Shown: positions 38,900 through 47,227 of the stretch, in pieces
Layout of the letters: each line of letters opens with the position of its first letter
Position numbering within the stretch: the first letter of the stretch is position 1
Sequence record: OP045498.1
From: Klebsiella phage 150049
Reading direction: 5' to 3' (one strand)
DNA length: 64,000 nt
Notes under the pieces: model-generated
What the model saw: the letters and a program-made list of their open reading frames with translations, nothing else
Databases searched by the model: none
What the model was told of the DNA's origin: nothing
Program-made: the position numbers and the translations under genes

Positions 38900-39124
38900 T
38901 TAATTAAGCGGCATTAAACTAGAACAAAAGCCAAATACAATGCCAATTGTAAGAAAGATAATTGACAGATATTTTTGAATGTTCGCGTTTTTGCGGAAAT
39001 TATTTGCGGCGTAAACGTTATTAATTCCGATTATTGCTAGAATTGACCGCGTATAATTCAGAATAAAAGCGGCGGCAATAATAAATAAACCTAAAATAAA
39101 CGCTTCGCTAGGATAAAAGATCAA
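38900..39124 (-). CDS. Hypothetical small membrane protein, 74 aa (two TM helices)
   Basis: Hydrophobic ORF between A2 and A1. Confidence 0.4.
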   Translation of the reverse strand: MIFYPSEAFILGLFIIAAAFILNYTRSILAIIGINNVYAANNFRKNANIQKYLSIIFLTIGIVFGFCSSLMPLN

Positions 39125-39174
39125 GATTATTCTCCTTTAAGGGATAGCGGGGAATATTCCCCGCTAATTAAAAT

Positions 39175-39591
39175 TTATTCACCTGCGGCCTGTTTTACTT
39201 CCTCCGCTACGCCTAACAATTGCGCTACAGCGTCCAGAGTTTCAAGTTTAGCACTTTCAAGGCTTGCCAGATCGTCGGCATCTTTTACGATACCTGAATC
39301 AATGGCGTGTTTAGCGATGACGCGCACATAGTGAGCTTTACGGACACTAGACCCGCCGCCAACTTTACGCGGTTTATCGCTTTTCTGGTAGGCTTTTGCG
39401 CTTGTCAGTTTAGAACGTACAGAAACAGGACTTGCAGCGCCAACGGCGGCGGCAATTTCTTTTAAGCCGTCACTATTCGCAAACTCAATCCCGCTTTTAG
39501 CGACCATTTCAGAATACATAGAAACAGCCTTTTCGGTGTTTTCTTCGTTCCAAGAGAATTTTGCGGTTTTTTCGGTTTTAACGTTAGACAT
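39175..39591 (-). CDS. A2: Pre-early protein A2-like (DNA-binding partner of A1), 138 aa
   Basis: Size and position immediately upstream of A1. Confidence 0.55.
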   Translation of the reverse strand: MSNVKTEKTAKFSWNEENTEKAVSMYSEMVAKSGIEFANSDGLKEIAAAVGAASPVSVRSKLTSAKAYQKSDKPRKVGGGSSVRKAHYVRVIAKHAIDSGIVKDADDLASLESAKLETLDAVAQLLGVAEEVKQAAGE

Positions 39592-39691
39592 AATTTAATA
39601 CTCCATTCAATTATTAATTAAGGGATTATGATTAACTAATGTTAATCCATATATTCCCCATATTTCAGGGGAATATAAAAGTAACACTAAT

Positions 39692-39943
39692 TTATGCTAT
39701 AGCTTGCCATTTATCATCTTTCTGAATGATCTTTACAACGTCGCCAGATTTAACGCGAACATTATAAATAGGCTTGCCGTTGTTACTGCGTTCCGTTTCC
39801 GCATAGACCGCTTCAATCTTATCAAAGGGATCAAGCGCCGCACCTTTGATACGTTCGGCTTTTCCGGTTAATTCATCAGTTTTAGTTACAAAAGGAATGA
39901 AAACAGATTGACCTACTTTCGGCGCGGTAATAACGTTTTGCAT
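39692..39943 (-). CDS. Hypothetical pre-early protein, 83 aa
   Basis: ORF with SD, upstream of A2. Confidence 0.45.
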   Translation of the reverse strand: MQNVITAPKVGQSVFIPFVTKTDELTGKAERIKGAALDPFDKIEAVYAETERSNNGKPIYNVRVKSGDVVKIIQKDDKWQAIA

Positions 39944-40107
39944 TTTTAATACTCCGGTTTATTGGGGATTATTCCACAATAGCGCCTCGATACTTTGAAA
40001 CGCTATTAGATTATAATCCGCTAGGAGTTAGCCTAAACATTACCGTTATCCAAATTTTTAAAGAGCAGTTACTACGGGGAACATCTTAAAACCTATCGGC
40101 TAGCGTG

Positions 40108-40326
40108 TCAAGCGTTTTTTAAACTTTTTTCGATTTGATGTGAGTTATATAAATCAATCATTATATTACGCCACACCATTTCCAGACCTTGCTGCTTACC
40201 TTTCTTGTATTGCTTGAATCTGTATTTTACAGATCGTTGCGCTACTGTCAACAAATTTTTTGTTCTGCTATCTAATGCGCTAGCAGGTTTTGCACTAATC
40301 ACTAAAGCGTTTTTTGATTTGATCAT
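40108..40326 (-). CDS. Hypothetical small basic protein, 72 aa, flanked by a 25-bp inverted repeat
   Basis: Lys/Arg-rich (pI likely above 10). Flanked by IR arms at 40077-40101 and 40358-40382. Confidence 0.45.
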   Translation of the reverse strand: MIKSKNALVISAKPASALDSRTKNLLTVAQRSVKYRFKQYKKGKQQGLEMVWRNIMIDLYNSHQIEKSLKNA

Positions 40327-40787
40327 ATCTGCGATTCCTTATAATGTATAAGTTTACCGCCGATAGGCTTTAAGATGTTCCCTAATTTTTAAAGAGCGTG
40401 GCGGTAAACTTCCCCGCCGTTGTAATCTGGCCTTTCGTTTCCGTCTTGCCGTCCTACGAGATAAATAATAGCAAATTAAGCGAAAGAGACAAGCGTATTT
40501 TTGTAAAGAAGTGTAAAGACAAACGCCACCGCACCACGTCCAGCGGCGCACTAAATTTAATGAAACGGGCGCGCGAATAACACCAAAACAACCATTTTAG
40601 CAAGTAATTTTTTCATTTATATCTGCTCTAGGGTACTTGACAAAATCTAAAATCCTCGTGGTGACGATAACGGCTAGTAGGCAATGCACTTGCCTAGCTT
40701 TTCCTTTGATGCGCTTAGAATCGCTTACAGAGCGTTTTAGACCCTGTTAATAACTTATACAAAAAGCAAAAATGAAATTTAATGAGT

Positions 40788-41165
40788 TATCCACTTGATT
40801 TTTCAAAAAAGTATTTTCTGCTGTTATTTTTCATTGACAAATAAGTTTAGACGTGCATTGATTGGTTAGCAGACTAATAATCCCTAGGATGATAATCACG
40901 CTGGTGGATTGTAACAGCCGAAATAGTTAGCAGACTATTAATACTCTAAAAACCTATTAGCCAACTAACTATTTCATATTATATAATATACTTATAAATT
41001 AAAGAGAAATAATAACTATAAGAAACTATCGGCTAAGTAAGAACCACTATCATTTAGGTTATTCACAAAGTTATCCACAGCACAAAATAACTTGACGCAA
41101 TAGGCGACGTTTTGGTGACTTATCCACAGACTTATATACAGGTTATCCTACTGTATAAATATACA
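40788..41165 (+). promoter_or_regulatory. Cluster of DnaA-box-like sequences, all in the same orientation: TTATCCACT 40788-40796, TTATTCACA 41059-41067, TTATCCACA 41071-41079, TTATCCACA 41120-41128, TTATCCTAC 41142-41150; plus the 16-mer CTGTATAAATATACAG at 41150-41165
   Basis: Read directly. Sits in the non-coding region 40600-41415. Confidence 0.6.
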
Positions 41166-41415
41166 GGGTAAAAGGGTAGCAGTAACAACCGCAATCAAAT
41201 TTAAGCGGCCTAGAACGCATTCTAAGCGGTTTTCTCACTGCTACCCTTATTATAATAAAGCCTTGTGTACGCTTACAGAGAGCTAGAAATAGAAAACGCG
41301 CGGTTATCATAAAAACAGGCAGTAAGCAAGAAATAAAAAACCTTTTCTTTTTTCTTGCCCCTAGCGAACAATTATCTATATCATTCACTCACCGATTAAC
41401 GAGGGAGACAAAGAA

Positions 41416-42411
41416 ATGTCTACTGTAAGAATTGCAGTACCAGCAAACGCCACTATTATTAAGGGTAGTTTGCGCAACCTGCTAGACGGATCAAGTCCAG
41501 CAAGCCTACAACATACGGCGGCAATGGTTGAAAAGATTCACGATGATATTTTAGATAATAATGATACTCATTATTGTTTAAGTGATTTCACACAACTACT
41601 AGACCCTACCCGCGTTCTAGTGCTTTACAACCGTGACTATCACATCATGCGAAATCAGCGGGGAAGCGATATTGATTTTATCATTGTAGGTCACGACGAA
41701 AAAAGCTATATTGCCCGTGGTTACAATGTACAAGAAAAGGAAATGGTTTTCGCTACTCGCGTAAATGGTATTAATTCCAGCGATGTAGAAGATTTACTAT
41801 CTAGTATTTGGGGCGAATTGACAAGCGCCATTAAACGTGCTGATAGTGACGCAATCGAAACAACTGGCGTATTGTGTTTTGAACGCGCTAGCGGTAACAT
41901 GTTGATCCCTAACGATTATTTAGGGTATGGGAATGAATCAAACATTGCAAACGCTGGATTTACACTAAAACCAGTTGACAACGTAGCAAAACAGGCTGTA
42001 AACTCTCAAACTTCAAGCGCAAATGCGCAAACTACTGAAAATAAAGGAAATATTATGTCTAAAGTATCTTCTATCGTTGCTGCTAACAAATCCGCCGTTG
42101 TAAACGCTGCTAAACTGGAAGCGGGTAAAATTGCATTGACTCAAATTACAAAAGTAGCGGCTAAAAAAGCGCCGTTTATGATTAAAGGTTATATTGATAC
42201 TCCGATTGGTCGCGTAGTGATCGCTAACCTGTTAAGCGTAGCGGTTGACCAGTACGCCCCGACTAACGCAAAAGCTAAAGCGGTAGCAGGCGCGGCAATG
42301 GAAGCGGCAATGTTGGAAATGGTGCAGAGTTTCAATATTGCTGAAATGATCGATGAAATGGTAAAAGGTATTGACATTTCTACCTTTACCCAAAGCGCCG
42401 AAACAGAATAA
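41416..42411 (+). CDS. Hypothetical protein, 331 aa (opposite-strand cluster in the terminal-repeat region)
   Basis: Good SD (GAGGGAGACAAAGAAATG). Followed by an intrinsic terminator at 42420-42447. C-terminal half is Ala/Lys-rich. Confidence 0.6.
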   Translation: MSTVRIAVPANATIIKGSLRNLLDGSSPASLQHTAAMVEKIHDDILDNNDTHYCLSDFTQLLDPTRVLVLYNRDYHIMRNQRGSDIDFIIVGHDEKSYIARGYNVQEKEMVFATRVNGINSSDVEDLLSSIWGELTSAIKRADSDAIETTGVLCFERASGNMLIPNDYLGYGNESNIANAGFTLKPVDNVAKQAVNSQTSSANAQTTENKGNIMSKVSSIVAANKSAVVNAAKLEAGKIALTQITKVAAKKAPFMIKGYIDTPIGRVVIANLLSVAVDQYAPTNAKAKAVAGAAMEAAMLEMVQSFNIAEMIDEMVKGIDISTFTQSAETE

Positions 42412-42475
42412 TAATTACTAGCGGGGATTATTTCCCCGCTTTACTATTTCCCTGTTAATTGTTAGGAGACTAATT

Positions 42476-42970
42476 ATGTCAGAAGAAAAATATGGCTTTT
42501 CGCTAGAAAGTGTGAATGAAGCTAAACACGATATGATCGTTTTAGTTGATTGTCATACTGGCTATTGCGGGGAGGGCTGGACGGAGGAACATTTTGTTCC
42601 CGCTGGCTGTGATCTGGACGCTTTCGCAAACGAACACGCATATGATAATGCTTCTCGTTTCGGTAGCGATGGGGAAGAAGATGAAGAAACAGGGGAATGG
42701 ATTGAAAATGATAATGTATATGCGAGTCTTTATCATTATCAATTGAGTAAGTCCGGTACTTATGTAAATGGCGGCGATCCTATTAATACCGTTATGAAAC
42801 TAATTATTAAACACGGTGGCGCGGAAATAATTGGTAACAAGGCGTTATTATACGCAAATCGATTAAAACAGCTTGTTTATATTCCTGATAATTCCCGTTG
42901 GGATGAATATGCCGTTTTACAGAAAGAATTAAAACGCTGTTTCAACATTGAAGCGTTAGAAATAGTCTAA
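42476..42970 (+). CDS. Hypothetical acidic protein, 164 aa
   Basis: SD AGGAGACTAATTATG. Followed by a terminator hairpin GGTCGCCTATGTTGGCGGCC plus T-run at 42981-43011. Confidence 0.55.
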   Translation: MSEEKYGFSLESVNEAKHDMIVLVDCHTGYCGEGWTEEHFVPAGCDLDAFANEHAYDNASRFGSDGEEDEETGEWIENDNVYASLYHYQLSKSGTYVNGGDPINTVMKLIIKHGGAEIIGNKALLYANRLKQLVYIPDNSRWDEYAVLQKELKRCFNIEALEIV

Positions 42971-43076
42971 TGTAAAGTTTTGTAAAGGTCGCCTATGTTG
43001 GCGGCCTTTTTTGTTATAATGCCTTTACACCGAAACGGTGGATTGAAAATTTCCCTGATTTCTAGGAGGCGTTAAA

Positions 43077-43307
43077 ATGGTTGCTTTCTCTTCTTCTGAC
43101 TCTCTTTTCACTGGTAAAGGTTGGGTGTCTAATCGCTGGATTATTGATCAGATGGTTTCTGAATTTGGGATTGGTAAAACTTATGTTACCATTCAGGCGC
43201 TTTATGATAATGATAAGATTGACCAGCAAACCGCCGGATTTTTGCTGGACACGTTGAAATCAGAACATTGCACCAAAAAGCAAGCGGCGAAAATTGTTTT
43301 AATGTAA
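43077..43307 (+). CDS. Hypothetical protein, 76 aa
   Basis: SD AGGAGGCGTTAAAATG. Terminator at 43308-43338 (ACGGGGCGTTACTTTCGCCCC). Confidence 0.5.
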   Translation: MVAFSSSDSLFTGKGWVSNRWIIDQMVSEFGIGKTYVTIQALYDNDKIDQQTAGFLLDTLKSEHCTKKQAAKIVLM

Positions 43308-43354
43308 ATAATAACGGGGCGTTACTTTCGCCCCTCATTCCCTTACTAGGAGTC

Positions 43355-43573
43355 ATGCAAATGTTAAAGAATGTTTCCCTTGCCCGTTCTAAAGGTTTTA
43401 AGCTGGTGGATGTTAACACGTTTGAGCGTCCAGATTGTAAAATCGAATATGTAGCACGCAACAAAAACGCGTTTCGTGTTACTGAAAAGAAATTTGACAA
43501 GCGCGGAAATTTGGTAGCCGAAACGGTTAAACACTTTGCCACCTTTTACGCTGCTTTTCGTGGGGTATTATGA
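43355..43573 (+). CDS. Hypothetical basic protein, about 72 aa (the start at 43355 or 43361 is preferred over the track's 43268)
   Basis: SD TAGGAGTCATGCAAATG. The track ORF starting at 43268 overlaps the terminator of the previous gene, so the later start was chosen. Confidence 0.45.
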   Translation: MQMLKNVSLARSKGFKLVDVNTFERPDCKIEYVARNKNAFRVTEKKFDKRGNLVAETVKHFATFYAAFRGVL

Positions 43574-43682
43574 GATCCTTATATATTGCTCTAGCGTTTG
43601 CTACCGTTGGCGTTGTTTGCTCATTCGCTGCATTTGTTTTAAAAATGTACCTGATATTTTCCCAGCTTTAGGAGCTTGACAA

Positions 43683-44027
43683 ATGGTTATATACGAGGGT
43701 AATCGTTTTGTTACTAATTGCCGTCCGGCATTATTAGCAAGCTATTTAAATCAGCTTTCACCAGTTTATAAAGGCGTGGTTAATATCTATGAAGGCAAAG
43801 CACATTATAAGATTAATGCCGTTGTTGCTCGCGAGCTTGCCTTCCAGTTTCTTACTTTTGGCGCATGTGATGTACAGGTTATGGGTGAGCCATTAGTAGC
43901 AGAAAATGAAAATGAATTTATTGACATTTTCCGCAAAGTATGTACAGAGCGCCTGATTATGAAAGGCGCATATATTCAATCAACCGCTGAAAGTATCGAA
44001 ACAGCGTTTCGAAAGGTGGCGCAATGA
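43683..44027 (+). CDS. Hypothetical protein, 114 aa
   Basis: SD AGGAGCTTGACAAATG. ATGA-coupled to the next ORF. Confidence 0.5.
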   Translation: MVIYEGNRFVTNCRPALLASYLNQLSPVYKGVVNIYEGKAHYKINAVVARELAFQFLTFGACDVQVMGEPLVAENENEFIDIFRKVCTERLIMKGAYIQSTAESIETAFRKVAQ

Positions 44028-44224
44028 CTAAAGATGAAGCGTTAGAAAAAATGAAACAAGGTTTCAAAGTTAGTAATCAATATTTTACTAGCGATGAATT
44101 TTTGTACATGAAAGAAAACGGCGTGATCATGTCGGAAGATGGTTACAATTTTAATGATTGGTTTTTCAATATTCGCAAGGGGGAGGAATGGAAGCTAGAC
44201 GGTTGGAGCGTTTACCGTGAATAG
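44024..44224 (+). CDS. Hypothetical protein, 66 aa
   Basis: Translationally coupled to the previous ORF. Confidence 0.45.
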   Translation: MTKDEALEKMKQGFKVSNQYFTSDEFLYMKENGVIMSEDGYNFNDWFFNIRKGEEWKLDGWSVYRE

Positions 44225-44347
44225 CTGGTGGCGAAAAACACAAAGCCATAAATCTAATAATACCGCTGGGAAACATTCCCAGCGTTTACGATTTGGTAAT
44301 GGCTTTACAATGATATTGATAATCATTCTCATTCTAGGAGCAATGGC

Positions 44348-44587
44348 ATGGCTGTAAGAATTTTACGATATGTAGAACGTAAAGAAACCGATATTATGCA
44401 ACATCATTTAACTGATGGGCAATACGCGCAATTTTTAGAAATGCGGAAAAGCGGAGCTAGTACGGCGGCGCTAGGGGCGTGGATCAATTCAGTCTCAACG
44501 TGTACGCATTTTGACTCATATGGATATACGCCAGCCGAAACCGTCCAGATCTTTGACGACTACGAGAAGGAATACATAGCAGACTAA
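44348..44587 (+). CDS. Hypothetical protein, 79 aa
   Basis: SD TAGGAGCAATGGCATG. Terminator at 44588-44622 (ACGGGGCGCAACTACCGGCCCCGCC plus T-run). Confidence 0.5.
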   Translation: MAVRILRYVERKETDIMQHHLTDGQYAQFLEMRKSGASTAALGAWINSVSTCTHFDSYGYTPAETVQIFDDYEKEYIAD

Positions 44588-44734
44588 TAATAACGGGGCG
44601 CAACTACCGGCCCCGCCTTTTCTGCCTGCAAACAAATTTCCCCTTATTAAAATACCTCCTCCAAAAATAAACGCGTTAGGATGCGTTACAGAGCGTTTTA
44701 GAGCTATATTAGAGTTATTCACTACGCAGGAATA

Positions 44735-44842
44735 CTGTATAAATATACAGTAGAATAACCTGTTGATAAGTCTGTTGATAACGCCTCAAAATCGCTAGGA
44801 TTTTGTCAAGTCAAATCGTGCTGTTAATAAACCTGTGGATAA
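44735..44842 (-). promoter_or_regulatory. Second DnaA-box cluster, in the opposite orientation to the first: TGTTGATAA 44761-44769, TGTTGATAA 44773-44781, TGTGGATAA 44834-44842 (reverse complements of TTATCAACA/TTATCCACA); plus CTGTATAAATATACAG at 44735-44750
   Basis: Read directly. Mirror image of the cluster at 40788-41165. Confidence 0.6.
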
Positions 44843-44870
44843 CTTAAATAACAGTGTTTCTCACTTCGCT

Positions 44871-45015
44871 TTCTAAATGCAAATCATTCTCATTATGCGA
44901 CTCATTCGCATTCCGCCAATCAAATGATAACCATTCTCATTCCTCTTTCTAAACGCGAATCATTCTCATTCGCATTCAACTTCTCAAATGCGAATCAATC
45001 TCATTATCATTCGCA
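44871..45015 (+). repeat. Three degenerate tandem repeats of about 35-45 bp (TTCTMAAYGCRAATCAWTCTCATT...CATTCGCATT)
   Basis: Unit starts near 44871, 44947 and 44980, read directly. Contains the TGCRAATC core shared with the downstream 13-mer array. Confidence 0.6.
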
Positions 45016-45056
45016 TTTCGGCAGGCAGGGCATTTTCATTTTTGCCCTGCGCTTTT

Positions 45057-45794
45057 GTGCAAATCCGACATTTGCCCCCACGGATTACGTGCCAGCGTGC
45101 ATGTGCGAATCCGACAATTTTTGGTAGTGTGCAAATCCGATGGGAAATATTTTTATAGTGTGCAAATACGACAATGAATTTTCCTAAAAACTCGGGCAGA
45201 CTCGTGCTGCGCACAAATCCAGCCGTATATGTGCAAATACGACATGAAATTTCTAGGAATGAGATGTGCAGATCCTACAAGATTTTTGTGACTTCGATGA
45301 TAGGGTGTGTGATTGTGTGGGTTTGGGGAGAAGTGCGAATCCGATGAGATTTTGGGAGGAACTACGGGAGGAGCAGCGGTGATGGTGCTTTAGCACCGGT
45401 TTGCTGCGTTTTTGGGGGTAATGCGGGATGTTTTGGCTAGAATTGAGATTAGGGGAGATTATGCGAAATTTTATTAGCAAAATAGGGCAAAATAGCTTGA
45501 CAAGTGAAAATTCCTGTGGCTCTAAAAACTCAGGCAATCATGGGCCTTCGGCCCGAAATAATGCTGCTATTTTCAGTGTTCCTAAAAACTTTGGAGACTC
45601 CTATCAATGTGCAAATCCGACCATAAATTTCTAGAAACACAGTGTGCAAATCCGATAGTAATTTCCAGAAATGTGTTTTGGAAAAATGTCTACTAGAAAT
45701 AACCGCCCTGTATTAAACCGCCCTGTATTAAACCGCCTATTGCTGGAGTTTTTAGGAACAGGAGAAACTGCCCTATAACATGTGCAAATACGAC
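45057..45794 (+). repeat. Dispersed direct-repeat array of a 13-bp motif GTGC(A/G)AAT(C/A)CGA(C/T): 9 good copies (45057, 45103, 45129, 45160, 45231, 45333, 45609, 45644, 45782) plus 2 degenerate (45209, 45266). Interspersed are 4 copies of CCTARAAACTYRGGNRNNC and a tandem AACCGCCCTGTATT x2
   Basis: Read directly. All copies are on the same strand. No ORF longer than 70 codons. Candidate injection-stop signal / terminal-repeat boundary / protein-binding array. Confidence 0.7.
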
Positions 45795-46148
45795 AGGATT
45801 TTCCTAGAAACTTAGGAGTCTACTAGAAAGTGTTGTGCCATCCTAGGAAGAGCGGCGGCAACAAGTGTATCATCTTGAATGTAAATTATGTGGACAAAAG
45901 TTTTACCTTTTATTTAAATATAAGATCCCCCAATCTCGTAAGTCTGCTGCTCTAGGCGTTCAAGATCTGTATGCTAATCCCGTGATAACTGCTGCAGAAT
46001 ACATCCTAACGCCAGAGGCGCTGGTGTACTCTTCGAGTTGGGATAGCAATAATCTTGTTGCCTAGAGCTAAAAACAGAAGTTGTTTTTAATCTATGAGAT
46101 TATTATAACATGTGCCTTAATGAGTTGTCAAGAAGATTTTGTTAACGT

Positions 46149-46880
46149 TTATTCCTTCCGCTTGTATTTGAGAACGATACCCTTCGAGACCATGAAGAGG
46201 AAAGTTGCAAGATAGGAATGTGGGGATTTTAGCGCATCATAATCTACAGTCCCGAAAGAACCTTCGCCAAAAACTTCGGAGTTCTCAAAGGTTGGTAGTA
46301 AACGTGCTAATCCGACAGCTCCTAGAATCTTAAAGAATTGATCCCAGTCATTTAACATTGCTTTATGTGCAGACTGTAAGATTAACGGCATCTCTATTTT
46401 CTTTTCGAGACATAGATGAACCTGCGCAATCGTAGAAGCAATCCCTAGCAATACTTCATCTTTTGTATAAGGGAAGCCTTCTTCTTTTCTTTGGAGTCTA
46501 GGAAGATGATCATATTCACAACGTTTAGGTGGAATAAACTTTTCATCAGGATAGAGTTCTAATGCAACCTTAACATTCCCTTCTCTAAATGTAGGAAGTT
46601 CCTGATCCGCAAATACATGGTATGAATTTGCTTTGAACCCTACAATATTATCACCAACAGAATTGATGATCTTTCTCATTGCAATATAAGCGGGAGATAA
46701 TGTTACGAAATTTTCTTCTTTATTATATTTAACAATTCCAGCTTCTGTGTAAGCTGCGGGATGAAACTCAGAACAGAATGCTACTGCGTGAGCTTCATCT
46801 GGAGTTAGCTCAGAAACACATTTACCATCTGCATTTCTAGCTAACTTAATAATAGTCTTTAAGTTCTCACTAATACTCAT
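46149..46880 (-). CDS. Hypothetical early protein, 243 aa
   Basis: First gene of the - strand early block. Abuts the next gene (ATGA overlap). Confidence 0.55.
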   Translation of the reverse strand: MSISENLKTIIKLARNADGKCVSELTPDEAHAVAFCSEFHPAAYTEAGIVKYNKEENFVTLSPAYIAMRKIINSVGDNIVGFKANSYHVFADQELPTFREGNVKVALELYPDEKFIPPKRCEYDHLPRLQRKEEGFPYTKDEVLLGIASTIAQVHLCLEKKIEMPLILQSAHKAMLNDWDQFFKILGAVGLARLLPTFENSEVFGEGSFGTVDYDALKSPHSYLATFLFMVSKGIVLKYKRKE

Positions 46881-47227
46881 ATATCCCAGGCCTGATCTCC
46901 AGTGGACTTTTTAACTGGTCTTTCTTTTAATGTTATGACTCTATCTATAGCGGGATCTAATTTAATCCATATTAGATTTAGTTGAGCAACAATATGGGAC
47001 ATGTTTCTAGCTGTGAAAGGTATATCTTTTGGCAGCCTAAATACTAGCTCTTTGAGATCATTCATTAAATGAGCATCAGCAAAGAATAAGTACGATAGCC
47101 TTTCCACACGTTCATATTCATCCTCTTTAATTTCAAAGATCCCAATAGTTTCTTCGTTATTAAAAGACTTTTCATTGAGAAAAGCCACCTTGCAGTGGCC
47201 TATAGTAAATTCAGTAACTAGTTCCAT
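46877..47227 (-). CDS. Hypothetical early protein, 116 aa
   Basis: Coupled ORF. Confidence 0.5.
   Translation of the reverse strand: MELVTEFTIGHCKVAFLNEKSFNNEETIGIFEIKEDEYERVERLSYLFFADAHLMNDLKELVFRLPKDIPFTARNMSHIVAQLNLIWIKLDPAIDRVITLKERPVKKSTGDQAWDI

Noticed and set aside
40354-40580. Two overlapping short ORFs (65 aa on - and 60 aa on +) in the IR region upstream of the 72-aa gene
   Set aside because: They overlap each other and the inverted-repeat arms. Arg-rich translations reflect GC-rich repeat sequence. No SD. More likely regulatory DNA than coding.
45057-45794. Considered whether the 13-mer repeat array is a CRISPR array
   Set aside because: Repeats are only 13 bp and imperfect. Spacing is irregular (25-275 bp). 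There are no cas genes or leader. Better explained as a protein-binding or iss-type repeat region.
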